NCBI RefSeq assembly: GCF_009834535.1
Contig: NC_045697.1
Span: 15,006,001-15,070,000 of the forward strand
DNA: 64,000 bases
Source of the DNA: Camelus ferus
Lineage: Eukaryota
Direction: 5' to 3'
The notes beneath the pieces were generated by a model. That model was not told the DNA's origin, did no database searches, and was given only the letters and a program-made list of their open reading frames with translations. The translations under genes and the position numbers were made by a program. This document shows, piece by piece, positions 26,250 to 39,475 of this stretch. Each line of letters opens with the position of its first letter. The first letter of the stretch is position 1.

Positions 26250-27060
26250 TGAAATCCTCCAGCCCCATCCACCCCTCTGGGAAGGAAAAAGAAAAAAATA
26301 AATAAATAAAAGCCAAACAAAGCTGCCTCGACCTGGCTCTGAGCCAGGAAAGAAGAACAAAGCTTTTGTATCGCTGCTATTTATAACCCTGAATTACTCT
26401 GTGTTAGAGAGATGGAGCCTAATCAGGGGACAGTCTTTTGTTTGCTTAGCAAAACTGCATCTTCACCCTCAGTAAAACCCTTATTTAAGACAGTACCAAA
26501 AAGAAATGGGAGGTACCAGGTATGGAGCTGGAGGCTGAGGATGGACCAAGATATTGTAAAGCAATGAACAACGGAGTTCCAGGCTGATTGGAGAGGAGAA
26601 AACAGCAGCTGAAGAGGTGGAGAGACAGTGGATGGGGGAAGGCTCACTAGCAACAGGGAGCCTGTGGGACTGGGTCTGAGGAGCTAAGAAGAAAAGAAGT
26701 GTCTAAAGAAACATTGTGCCAAGTGAAACATGATTGGGGAGGGGGGGTGAATGCAAAGCCATTCCACCTACACCACCGTTGATAAAATATTGCTCATGAA
26801 TGACTCAGGGCAACCCTCTAGGGAGAGGGCCTGCTTCCGATTGGCACGGGGGAACACTGGGCTTCTCTCAGAGAGATGAAGTGAGGGCCACGTCTGCCAT
26901 CAGAGGGCACTTCCCGTTAGTCCACAGACTTTCTCAAAGGGTAAAAACTTTTGACTGGTCCCTTCAGTGTCCACACCTCACTTGGGGCTCAGCGTGGGTC
27001 TACTGTATTCACCCAGTTAGAGTTTCCTTTCTCCCAGCAGATTAGAGGGGGCTGAGGAGA
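26250..27060. promoter_or_regulatory. Candidate promoter/enhancer in a repeat-poor island
   Basis: MEF2/TATA-like ctatttataa 26377-26386, E-box cagctg 26606-26611, reverse CCAAT (attgg) at ~26587, ~26732 and 26840, AP-1 tgactca 26801-26807; motif evidence only. Confidence 0.3.
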
Positions 27061-27733
27061 TGTTCTTAAAAAAAAAAAAATTAATCTCTGTTACTACTCA
27101 AAAATAAAAAGTTGAAGGACTTTTCTTAAAAAAAAAAATACCCTTTATTACTTCTGTTGCTTCAACAGCAAGGCAACCAGACATTAGAGGCTTTTATGAT
27201 ATTATGTCTTTCAGAAGAAATGAAATGAATTAGACTCCATGTGGTAAATATAAAAATTAAAAAAAAAAAGACTTATTTGATGTATGTGAAAACAAACATT
27301 TAGCTAAAAGAGGAGAGAAAGAGGACAAGTAAAGAGAAAAGGAGAAAAACGTAGCTTGATTCAGGACAGTCATAATTATAAACCACTGATTCAGTTGGGA
27401 GAGTAAATTATGCCTGTACATCCGAAAAAGTAGAAAGCTGTAAAATTACCAGTTAGCATGGCACTGACTATTCTGGATTAAAGCAGCACCTGCTAACATT
27501 AAGTGAAAGAGATAGGAGGAGGAAGAATGAAATACTATTTTTAACGGTAAACCAGATTCTAAACAGTATGCTGGAATTTTCCAAGATTGGTATGATTGTA
27601 TCCATTTTAGCACTGGGGAAAACTGAGTCTGGGGGAGATTAACCAACTTGCCCAAGGTTATATAGATGGTATAAATTCCAAGTCCATTAAAGACGTACTG
27701 AACTCTTATTCCATGCCAGGCTGTCTACAAGAT

Positions 27734-27935
27734 CAGGGGCTGGAAACTTTTGCTGTGAGGTGCCAGATAACAAGTATGTTCACCTTAGCAAGCCATACTG
27801 TTTCTGTTGCAAGGACTCAACTTTGCAGTTGTAGGGTCAGGGTTCTGTAGCCAATATGTCAAAGAAAGAGTGACTGGTGCCAATAAAACTTTATTTACAA
27901 AGGCAGGTGGCAGGCCAGATCTGACCTGGGGTTTA
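27734..27935. mobile_element. MER58A hAT-Charlie MITE
   Basis: caggggctggaaacttttgctgtg...actcaactttgcagttgtag...ccaataaaactttatttacaaaggcaggtggcaggccagat. Confidence 0.85.
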
Positions 27936-28008
27936 TCAATGTACTGGAATGATGGGGACACGATGGTGAGAAAATCACCTCTCTAATATGTCATGGAGCC
28001 TCTCTAAT

Positions 28009-28235
28009 GCTCTATGTGTGTATGTGTGTGTGTGTGTGTGTGTGTATAAGTATAGTCAGTTTACAATGTTGTGTCAATTTCTAGTGTACAGCATAGTGCT
28101 TCAGTCATGCATGAACATACACATATTTGCTTTCATATTCTTTTCCACCGTAGGTGACTACAAGACACTGAATATAGTTCCCTGTGCTGTATAGTATGAG
28201 CCTGCTGTTAATCTATTTTACATACAATAGTTAGT
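28009..28235 (-). mobile_element. Young camelid L1 3' stub with 16-bp TSD and (TG)n tail
   Basis: TSD atggagcctctctaat at 27993-28008 and 28236-28251; L1 3' UTR motif gaatatagttccctgtgctgtatag. Confidence 0.92.
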
Positions 28236-29539
28236 ATGGAGCCTCTCTAATTCTAAAGGTGCTGTTTTTGCTTTTATCTCCTTTGTTTAGACACTGTCTC
28301 ACCCCCACCCAAAAGGCAGATCGGAGACATTTTTAGTTAAAAAGGTTTAACTGAGCACATTAAATATTTGCGAGATCTACCCATCGGTGCCCTTGTTCTT
28401 CTTCATTCATACACCAGTGGGACCCCGTAAGTCATCCAGTTTATGGATTTTTCACTTCCTCTCATCACTTCCCATAGTTCCTCCACCCAAGTGCAAACAT
28501 CCTCCTAGCTGATTTTCTATCAAACAGAGCCACATTATGGCTCCTGGAAGACACATTACATTGGGTTTATTAGACTTCTCTTCAGGGGACAGCGATCTCA
28601 GAACACATCAGAATTTATGAGGCTGATGTATTTGATTAACTACACCAGCCCTGCAGCCCCAGGCCTGGAATATTGTTTCTCTGTCAACATTCTTCAAATC
28701 TTGATTTTAGCATCCTTGTAATATAATTGCCCCTCTTTTCAATCAGCTTCTATGTGAGGATAGGGACCCTTTAGGGATTGTTCTGATACCTCCTAGGTCC
28801 TGTTTTGGATATGCATTCCCTGTTCACATGTTAAGACAAATAATACAATTAGAAATTAATACACCTTTTTTTAAAATTATGTTTCAGTTCTGTACAATCT
28901 TTTATCTATAATTTCCTTTCTTAGAAAGGGAGAGTAGTCAAGAGGGCTTTTTAAATAAAGTTTCTATTGTAATTATGATTTATTATTTGTATGGTACTTT
29001 AATTTCAGAAGTTTTTAAAATTACTTTCCAATTTTACAACTTCCCCTGAGGAAAAAAAATGCAAATAATAACAATAATAGGAAAGAAGAAATGATTGCGG
29101 CAACCATGTATTAAGTACTTAATAGGTGTCATAGACTAAACTTAGTACCACAGTATATTGATTTTTTTAATATGCAAACAAGAGCAGAGAAAAACTCATG
29201 AACAAAACACAGTCACAACAACCAGCTAGGGTGGCAGAGCTGAAGAACAGAAACAGCAGACATTTCCACAACCTCCCTCGGGTGCTGCTTCTATAAAAAT
29301 GTGATCTAGGGTTTAGATTTCATTAGTGCGGTTCTGGCTTTTAGATATGAGTTCAGTATTCTGAGCAGACTTGCTCTGGCCAAGCTGATTGCTATGCTCA
29401 CTGACCTCATTTACCTACCAAAGGTGAACTGTTCCAGATGCCAGGAGACCTGGCTTTAAGAAGTCAGGATTTTGAGCTAAACAACACAAAAGGGAGCAAA
29501 CTCAAAGGAGGGTCTAGAGATTACTAAATATATGACTTG

Positions 29540-29685
29540 ATTAGAAAAGAAAAATATCTCCATTCCTAGAGATTTTGAGTAGATCTGAGTAGGATTTAGG
29601 AGTCTACTAATTTTTTTTTTAACACAAATTCCTAGTGATTCTGTTTTAGGTGGCCCTGAGATGACATTCAAAAAAATATTGATCT
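29540..29685. mobile_element. MER5-like MITE fragment
   Basis: cattcctagagattttgagtagatctgagtagg...ttttaacacaaattcctagtgattctg. Confidence 0.55.
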
Positions 29686-30199
29686 AAACAGAACTGGTGA
29701 AACTACATGTATTCATTCCTTTGCTCTGTCTGCTAACCCAGTTCTCCCATTCAGTCCACTGGGAGAGCTTGGCCTGGTCATGCTTCCTCCCTGATGCAGG
29801 AAAAGAATACAAAAGAATTCAGGCAGAGAAAAGGTGTTGACTCAAAACCAGCTTACGGCAACCTTATGCATTTTGTACTTGGATTCTCGACCGGAACAAT
29901 GTAAGTTTTGACCAATGCTTCCCAAACCTTCTGAATTATTAACTTTGAAGGTTCGTCTGGCTTTCCAGCCTTGCGTAGATTCTTGCCCAAGTACTGGAAA
30001 AACACTCAGGCCCTGCACGTCCAAATAACACTTTTTTATTTCTACGAGGTTGTGAGCTACTCTTCATAGTGTGGTATCTGAATAGACTCCCTCCGGACTA
30101 GCACATGCTCCACTCCGTTCCCACCATGAGCCCTTGCTTCCAAGTTCCTGCTCAGATCCACCAACGTCCTGTATTCCCAGGTGTGCATTGTGTCTCCTT

Positions 30200-31470
30200 G
30201 CACGTCTATTGGCTAGTGGACATCTCATCCCCCCTTGGAATTCCTGCCGTCCACTCAGTTTCTACACTCAGCATATCAGCACCTCAAACCTGACTCCCTT
30301 CCTGAGATTTTAAAATCTTATTTAATTGTGCCATTGTGCATCCAATCACTAATGCCAAACAAACAGAACAAAACCCAGGTGCCGTTGTGGAGTTCTTACT
30401 TTTCCTTATGCCCAGCATCCACTCACTCACCAAACTGACGTTGACTCTGTACGGTTTTAAATCCGTCCCTTCTACTTTATGCTTGCACACATTCCTTAAT
30501 TTAAACCCTCAGGATTTCTCAAGCAGCAGTGCCATGGGGTTCTCTCTGGTCTTCCTGGCTCCCATATTCCCCCTCCAAATTCCTTCTCCATAGTGCAGCC
30601 TGAATGGTGTTATAAAACCCACGTCTCATGACGCTGGACTCTCCTTTCCTCCTTAAGACACCTGAATATTTCCATATTGCCAAAAGAACACATTTCAACA
30701 TCCATACCATTGAAAAATGAATTTATAACTGAGACCCTGCCAACTTGTTTTCCAAACCAATATCCATTTTGTTCCTTATATATATATTAAATACACAAAA
30801 ATCCAGCCATAAAAAATACTTGAAGTGGCCCAAATGCTTCTGGCCTCTACTATTCCAATTCAAACCACCATCATGTTTCTTTGACCCTCGACAGGACCCT
30901 TTACTTTATTCCTTCTCACCGCCTAAATATATTTACCACTCAACCCCCAAAGTGAATTTTAAAAACATAATTAGATTATGCCAGTCCTTTGCTTGGTTCA
31001 ACAGTGGCTGCACCTGGATTAAAAAAAATCCATACTCCATCATTTGGTCTATAAGGCCCTCAATGACCTGACTCCTGCCTACTCTCTGCCCTCCTCTTCC
31101 CATTCTCCCACTCATTCAAATCACTCCAACCGAACCGACCTTCTTTCTGATCCTCAAGTAAGCCAAGTTCATTTCTGCTTTAGGGACTTTGCACTTGGAA
31201 CCTTCCCGTAGCTTTTCCTCCACACATAGGCATGGCTGGTTTCCACTTAAGCAGGTTTCAGCTGTCACTTTATCAGAGAAGCTTTCCTTGGCCACACCAG
31301 CAAATGTGAGCTGTACTCAAAGTAACTTTACATTACATTAATTTATTTTTCTTTTGGCATTTCTCACTATGGAAAAACACCCTTAATTAATTAGTTTACT
31401 AATTTATTTATGCACTTGATTGTAAGCTTACCACACACAAATACTAGCTCTATAAGCTTTTGTTGAATGT
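30200..31470 (+). mobile_element. L2 LINE remnant (3' portion)
   Basis: catccaatcactaatgccaaac, gtggctgcacctggattaaaa, tagggactttgcacttggaacc and other L2 3' motifs. Confidence 0.75.
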
Positions 31471-31888
31471 CTCAATGACTTCGTATATGTTCTGTTCGGA
31501 ATATGGTTCTCCAACCTGGCCACTGATGACTTGACTGGCTCTTGGTCACACCTCGGTTCTTGGTTTCAACAGCCCTTCTGCTGGGATATCCACTCTTAAC
31601 CCCAAACAGTTGATCACACCCAACTTTGGCTCTGCTGTATGTGGTCCCTGTCCTTGTAATGGCATCACACTGTTTCATAATTGTTTGCATGCCCTTCTTC
31701 CGAACTAGAACACCCTGTAGTAAAGATTGTGTCTTGTTCATCTCTCATCCTCTCATGCAGTCTCCTCTGCATAGCACAACAAATTTGCTGCCATGATCTA
31801 TACCACAGGGCAGGTCAGATGTTGTGACAACGGTGATGATCAGAGTGGTACACTCCTAAAATTAATAAATAAGCTGAATTTAATGTCT

Positions 31889-31910
31889 CTGTGTGTGTGT
31901 GTGTGTGTGT
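31889..31910. repeat. (TG)n microsatellite
   Basis: Direct inspection. Confidence 0.95.
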
Positions 31911-32724
31911 TGAGGTGTGTGTCTGCTTTTATTATAAAGATACACAGATATGTAAAGCATGGCTCACCCTCAAGTACACTCACTTAAGGAAATTATATAT
32001 AACTGATCCTCATTATATTATTTAAAATATATTTTCAAACATATTTGATCATTTGCTACTGATTCTACAATTGGTTGTAGCTTACGCATCCTTCTGATTT
32101 ACAAATGTATATACTTTTCTAAATTGGTAAGTTTAGGAGGAAGAAGGAAGAGTAAGAATCAATTGATACATAATACTTAGTCCATAGAAGGGACTTTACA
32201 ATACTTCTTAATTGAATAAATTACAAAAAAGATTCAGTGGGGGACTAAACACTGGATTTCAACTCTTCCACCTAAAATTTCATGAAACCCATTACTGGGC
32301 GAGACATAATGTCTATGTTTATGTGCATTCCTACAAATGTTAAGTGTACTCTTGCATCTACATATCTATTCATTTTCAATTATCTTTTCTTTTTGGCAGC
32401 TGCATTTAATATATTTATTTTCAGGAAAAAACAACTTTAACAACTCTAAAGAGACTCATGATCAAGTCTCTCTTCTGTTGGTACTGCCAAAGAGCTTTAA
32501 AAAATCCTTTATCACCCCTCATTAAATGGATGGGTAAGCTTATTTGGGCATTTATTTACTAACTTCTGCAGTTTCTTTAGTTTTCTGAATTCTGTGGTTT
32601 GAATCATGCCACTGTGTCAGCAAAATGACCTTGGAGTTATATCTGCAAGTTAGATAAAGCCATAGAGATAACTGAAATTCATTCAGATATTTTCAATATC
32701 TATAAGAATGTGTGATAGAAATAG

Positions 32725-32830
32725 GAAAGACAAGGAAGGAAGAAAGGAAGGAAGGAAGGTAGGAAGGAGGAAAGGGGAAGGGAAGGAGGTGGTGGGGAGG
32801 AAGGGAGAGAGGGAGGGAGAAAGAAAGTAA
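32725..32830. repeat. GA-rich (GGAA)n low-complexity tract
   Basis: Direct inspection. Confidence 0.85.
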
Positions 32831-33719
32831 AATGCAAGACCCAAAATGAAATGAAAGAAGAAACTATAAAATCCAATCAAATGATTTACCTAATTAGAGG
32901 CTGAGAGCAGGTGGAGAAGTACATTATGTGAACTAAGAAGTCAACCTCTTTTTAAACATTTTGAAGCCCATGACATCTGCAGCTCCAGTACCCTGCCAGC
33001 TGAGCTAAAATCACTGGATTCAACCACAGTATAATTGGGAAGGCAACTGCTTGAGTAGACACTCACTGTCCAACCCTAAGAGAATTAGAATTAAATAGCA
33101 GTGATAGAAAATAACTCCAGAGAAGAGAAATGATAATTGTCTCTCTGACTAGGAATATATTTTTCAATCTCAAAGAAGATACAAAAGTAAAAGGATTTAA
33201 AATCAAGATTATAGTACTTAAAATTATACAATTGATCTTTATGTCTAATAATTTTGCACATTTAGATAAACTTATCTCCTTGAAATGGTGAAAAGAATTT
33301 GGTCTATTGAAGTGATAGTCTTGTATTAAAACTTAAAATGTGAAATTAAGTAATTTACAAAAATACGTGCTTTTAGGTTGAAACTTTAGTAGACTTATTG
33401 CAATAGACGGAAACCTAAGTGCATTTTTTGTTGTTGTTGTTGTTCACTGATTACCAAGGTTTAGTTTTTTGGCTTCACAATAATTATTTAGTGCAGAAAA
33501 GTTAGGCTGAGTCACTTATCTAAAAAATGAAGTAAAATATATCACTTTTAAAATTAGATAGCTTCTATTACTGCACATAATTGAGGCTAATGAAATAATA
33601 TTATCTATCGCTATGGTACAGAAGGGGAGTCTTTGCCTCGAGTCAGTTAACCTGCCCAGAACCTTAAGAGCGCTAAGTGCCTTTCTACTCTCCGTTATTT
33701 TAAATAACAACTACGTTGA

Positions 33720-33980
33720 TTGTAGCTGTTACTTATTGTTCTCATTCTGTGCTAGATAGTGGGCCAAGTGCTGTGTGTGTGTGTGTGTGTATACATAATA
33801 TAAAAATATAGTATATATAAATATAAATATATAATTTAATAAGACAGTTTTCTTACTCCCTTTACTTATAAATGTAGAAACAAGAGGGGAAAAAAAAGAG
33901 TTCAAGTAACGTGCTCAAGTTTACACATCGAATCGTTCTGGGAACCAGAATTTTTACTCAAGAGTTGTGTGATTTCAGAG
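33720..33980 (-). mobile_element. MIR with embedded (TG)n/(TA)-rich tract
   Basis: acttattgttctcattctgtgctag...ttcaagtaacgtgctcaagtttacacatcg. Confidence 0.6.
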
Positions 33981-35100
33981 TAAAATGCAAAAACTTTGCA
34001 ATCCAGCAATAAGCAGCAATACCACCTTTATCTTGTTTATCACAAAAATGTTTCTCTTCAAATATCAGGTACAACTGGAATTTAGCAAACCAAATTAAAC
34101 TGAAGGTCTATTTGTTATTGGACTCCTTTTTCAACAGTAAATAATGACGCTCTTTTATCTCTTATTCCAATGTAGATTTTCATACACTGGCTAGATTTAA
34201 AGCAAACCTAACTTTCACAAGGAATACCTTTGAAAAATAGAAACTGGATGCTATTTTTGTCTCAAGAAATTAAGATGCATTTTGATATTCCTTCTGCTGC
34301 CCTAAATTTAGACAAATTCATGCAGCTCCTTTGAAAGTCACTGTGGGACAAAGAGATTGGAAGATAAACTCAGAAAAGCAAAGAAGCTGAGTGGAAACAG
34401 CTTTCACTTTGATCAATTATTTCAGAAGCCTCAAAGCGGTCAAATTACTTTACTCCAGATCTCCAATTGTGTCAGAACATTTCCAGTGCAAACAGATACT
34501 GTAATCCAGTTAGCTTAGCCTAAGTGTTGTGCCTGTGGCATTCTCTGAATTTTAAAGGACACAAGAATGTTTCTGGGGACAGAATATTAAGTCTCCCTTG
34601 GTGGGCTTTTAGGTGGGCTGAACACTGGAAGGTAAATGTAGTTTTGATTGAAATGAGGAAAAACTATCTGCCTAGGGCTCAGAAGTTGAGACCAAGAGAC
34701 CAGGTACATCATAAACAGAAACACCAACCCCTCCAAGGGACGATGCCATCTGGTTCACTGCAGACACATTTGTCAGAAATAACGGATTTGTCGGGTCCTC
34801 ATTTACTCTGTTGGTCTGTGCTGTGTTTAAAATGGCAGGCTGGGAGAGGCAAGCAATAAGGCTCAGAGGGTCAGTAAGCTTTCCCCGGATGCTAGAGGCT
34901 CTTCCCTAGAGTAAGTCAGTCAAAGGCAGTAAATGAGGCAAGTGAATTTTAGAACTGAGTTCTCATGGAGGGTCTTAACGCGATTCAGTCCCGTGCCCTA
35001 CTCTGCCATGGGCCATGGACAAAAGCTTCCAGGATATGATCAATACACTCTATTTATAATACTACCTTTTAAAATGCTTACTTTACTGACTTTAAAAGCC

Positions 35101-35237
35101 AGTATAGCTTAATGGTAAAGCACATGCTTAGCATGCACAAGGTCCTGAGTTCAAGCCCCAGTACCTCCATTAAAAAAATTAATGAATTAATTACCTAATT
35201 ATCTCCCCCCTCAAACAAACAAAAAACAAAACAAAAA
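35101..35237 (+). mobile_element. Camelid tRNA-Ala(AGC)-derived SINE (Vic-1-like), slightly 5'-truncated
   Basis: gtatagcttaatggtaaagcacatgcttagcatgcacaaggtcctgagttcaagccccagtacctcca (A/B boxes) plus acctaattatctccccc tail and A-rich end; TSD aaaa(g/a)ccagta at 35094-35104 and 35233-35243. Confidence 0.88.
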
Positions 35238-35825
35238 CCAGTACAAATTTGTTTTCACTTGAAAACAAAGATGCTCACTTCCCCACCAAAAATGTAACAA
35301 AGATAGTTACCTAACCCCTGCCACCATTACCACCAAGTAACAATGGTGGGAAGGCGGTGGCTACGAGTGGGTGGAAGGTGAGTGAGTCTTCTCCCAGCCA
35401 GAGGAAGCTACCTCTCTGATGTCCTAGAAATGCTGCCCAGTCTGTTTCCTTTATCTTCCATTACCTCCTCTTTGGGCAACAAAATACATAGAAAAGAATG
35501 AGATATGCCTCACACATTAAAACCAGTACTTTGGGCAAGTTTATGGGGGAATTAAAATCATGCATGAATAGCCAAAGAAAATATTATCTGGATGGTGGAT
35601 TGGCCATGGTCATCCAGATGTGGGGACTCGGAGTGGGGATAACCCGAGATGTGGCAACTTCATAACTGATTTCTAAATCATGATATTTGATTGGGGGTTG
35701 CAGTAGAAATCTTGAGACTCCATACGTGCACCAAGCATGACACATTGAACAAGCCTTGATATTGGTGGAGGTTAGGGGAGTTTTCTTTTTCAGAAACAAA
35801 TGACTTGAGAGCAGCAGTTAGCAAG

Positions 35826-36300
35826 TGTATTAGTTTTCCATTGCTGCTGTAACAAATTACCACAAACTCAGTGGCTTCAACCAACACAAATTTATTACCT
35901 TAGGATTCTACAGATCAGGCCTAATGTGGGTTTCACTGGACTGAAGTAGAAGTGTCAACAGGGCTGCGCTCTTTTCTAGAGGAGAACCCCTTTCTTTGAT
36001 TTTCTTTAGCCACTAGCTGTATTCTTTGACTTGCTCTCTGCCTTGACCTTTAAAGCCAGAAATGGCGGAGTGAGTTCTTCCCCCATCACTTTACTCCAAA
36101 CTTCTCCTCTGTCTTCCTCTTCTACTTTTTAGGACTCTTATCATAACATTGGGCCCACATAGATATTCCAGGGAAATCTCCCTATTTTAACGTCAGCTGA
36201 TCAACAACCTCAGTTATTTTTTGCCATGTAACATAATACATTCATAGGTTCCAGGGCTTAGAATGCGGACATTTGAAGATGTCTTTAGTCTGCCATAGCA
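35826..36300 (-). mobile_element. MLT1 (C/D-like) solo LTR
   Basis: tgtattagttttccattgctgctgtaacaaattaccacaaactcagtggcttcaaccaacacaaatttatt. Confidence 0.88.
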
Positions 36301-36304
36301 GCTG

Positions 36305-36520
36305 TGAGAAACATGATGTCTGGAGTCGTCTGGTCTAGATTCAATCCTGATGCCACCACATAACTAGGTGTGCAACTGTGAGTTAATGAACAGCCTCTCC
36401 ATGCCTCAGTTTCTTCATTTATAAAATGCAACTAACAGTGTCTATCTAAGACGGTTCTTGTAAGGATGAAATGAGCTCATCGATGAAATGTGCTTAGACC
36501 ATTACAAAATAAGTGCTCTG
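36305..36520 (+). mobile_element. MIR SINE
   Basis: cctctccatgcctcagtttcttcatttataaaatg. Confidence 0.82.
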
Positions 36521-37230
36521 TTAAACTTAACACCTCTTATGTCCATTTACTTCTCCAAAAAATGGGCAGAATCATTACATATAGTGAATGTCTAAAGTCT
36601 TCAGACCTAGAAAGGGGACTTGATCATAAGCGGAGAGAAGAGACATTTATAGTGCTTTCTCGCACGTCAACATTCTAAGCATCTGTGGACATAATTAGCA
36701 AAGACCTGATTTGTTCCCAGGACCCCCTGAGCCATCCATTCACTCTGGGAACTCCTGTGCACAGAGGGCTTCACACAGACAAGCAGATTGCCTTGTGCAG
36801 CTCAAGCTCAGCTGGTTTTCTTAGTCCTTCTTCTCCATTGAGAAGTTGGCACCCAGCTGCCCCCAGGGTACTGCACAAGCAGCTGCCAGCCTCTCAACCA
36901 AGCAGCTGCCTGCCTGTCCTCTAAGGCATAAGAAATCCTGTGCTGGTCCTGGATTTTTCAGAGTATCCCCACAGCAGAGCTGATAACAATGATCTCCACT
37001 GCCCTACGGACATCCTCCTCACATGATAAACAGGCTTCTGAGAACTTGGAAGTGGAGACGCTGTACACAGTTTTGCAAGGTGCCCAAAGCCCTTTCCAGG
37101 TTCTAATTCAGGCTTGGATGCTCCAAGTAGCCCACTCTGCCAGGCTTTTACATTGCAGGTACGTTTCTCATGAGGAAATTATGTTTTTTCCCACGGTGGT
37201 CTTCATTATGTGCTTTCCCTGCTCTGCTCC

Positions 37231-37810
37231 TGTATCAGTTTTCTATCATCACCATTACAGATTACCCCAAACTTGGCAGCTTAAAGAGACGCTAATTTAC
37301 TGTCTCACATTTTCCATAGGTCACAAGTCCAGGAGGCTCAGCTGAGTCTATTGACAATCTCACAAGGCTGAAATCAAGGTGTCAGTGAGGCTGCATGACT
37401 TTCTAGAGGCTCTAGAGAAAAATCCTTTTCCTTGCTCATTCAGGCTGTTGCCTTGTGGTTCCTCATGGTTGTAGGACTGAGGTCCTGTTTTCTTGCTGGC
37501 TGAAAGCTGAGGGCCATTCTCAGAGTGTAGAAACTGCCTTCATTCCTTGATATATGGCTACTTCTTCCATCTTCAAAGGCAGAAGTGGCAAGTTGAGTCC
37601 TTCTCACATCTCTGACTCTTCTGCCTTCCTCTTCCACTTCTAAGGATTTGTGTGATTGCACTGGACCTGCCAGTATAATTCAGGACAATCTTTACACATC
37701 AAGGTCCATAACCTTACTCACAATTGCAAAGTCCTTTGAACAGTAATGTAACATATTCACAAAATCTAGAGATTAAAGAATAGATATTGCTGGGGACCAT
37801 TATTCAGTCA
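37231..37810 (-). mobile_element. MLT1 (D/E-like) solo LTR
   Basis: tgtatcagttttctat...tctcacaaggctgaaatcaaggtgtcag...gttgtaggactgaggtcc. Confidence 0.88.
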
Positions 37811-39475
37811 AGCATTGCCCCCACTCCCCCACCCAGTGCATTAGGTCTGCATATGTCTCATCTTTTTGGTTCTAATTCTTCCCCACAGAGACCCAAGTTC
37901 TCAATGAAAACCATAGCATATGTCTTGGCATCTCTTTCCACATCCCTGAATAGCCTTTGACAGCTAAGTTATACCCCAAGAATGTAGCAATTGAAGTCAG
38001 TTCACTGCAGAGCACACAGACTGGGACTGGTGGTGCTTTCTGACAGCCAAAGCCTGGCCTCATCACTGACCTAGCCAAAGGCCATCTGTTTAATCCATAT
38101 TAAGAAGTACACAAAGTACGGGGAGAAGTGATGAGAGATAAACTGGCTTTCCTGGGTGAATTAAAGAAAAGACATCCACAAGATTACATTTAATTTGAGC
38201 TTTGAGATATGCAGGCAATTTAGCAGGATAAAGGGGAATGGGTAAGGGAAATCATTTTAATTAAATAAAAGAGAAATATATGGTTACGAGTGTTGAGAAA
38301 ATATATTTTGGACAAAAATATACTTAAAAACATGTATGGGTGTTTACATTTAAATCAGGCACACCTATATTATCAATTGGTCAGCCCCAACAGGGTGAAA
38401 TAAACAGAGGCGTAGCTCTTTGATTTTCCCCACAGAGTTACAGGTAGCCGTCTCTCTGCACAGCATCAACACTGTATTGATTGAAACATTCATTTCGACC
38501 AATTCCTAATTTTGCACAAGTCTCAGTTAGCATGGTTCTGTACAAAATAAAGAATATCTGTACATCTGTTTTTAATCAAAGATTAGAATAACAAGGAGAA
38601 GACAGACTTATTAATTCAGGGTTCTCTGAAGATAGGAAAATATGTTAATAGTAAATGAAACAGGACTAGATTTTAAAGTGATCTGGAAAAACTAGAGCAA
38701 TATACACTCAAAGGGACAAGGAGATTTCTTAACAAGATATCCTCAGGGTAAAATAGGGAAGGGGGAACATTATCTAATCAAAATATTGTCACTGGCCAGT
38801 TAGGGATGGTAACTGTAGAAAAGTAATCAGTGAGTTATGCTGGCCTACAAACTGAAGCAAGGACGAGGAAGACATGCAGTGAGCGCCCTACTATGTGCCC
38901 AAACTGCACTCATCTAAGGAATCTTGCGGTCATGATACCTAATACTTGAAAAATCTCTGTAATACAGATTTTATCATGCTTATTGTAAATATGAAGAGAC
39001 GGAGATTCATAGGAGTTAGGTAAACATCTTGGTGCTCCTGGAGGTGGACTTTAAATCCAAAACTATCCAACCTGAAAGATTATCCCATGCTTACGAGTCC
39101 TCACATCACGCCAAGAGTGTTGGCATGCATTGTGCGTGGTGTGCAGGAACCAGGCAGTACCTGTTAAACCCTGCACGTAAAATATACTGAATAGATACCA
39201 CCATGGCTAAACTATGGATTTCCTCTAGATTATAAAAACACTTGGACTGCAAACTGCTTTTTTGTTACAAGTTATGATGAGTCATACTCTTAGGGAAATC
39301 TGCAAGTTTTTGTAGAATGGGGTTCCTGTCTTAACACTGCAGATACAAGGATAGTAAAAGGATGTGAGACAAAGATTGGTATAAGATGGCTGCATGAGGA
39401 GGGAAATGAATGTGAAAAGTGTATTACATCCATTGGAGATTTTGTCTGAGAGAATGTAGCGATTTAAAAGCACAG

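Noticed and set aside
35101..35170. Functional tRNA-Ala gene
   Set aside because: 5' acceptor stem missing; followed by a SINE tail and flanked by a TSD, so it is a SINE
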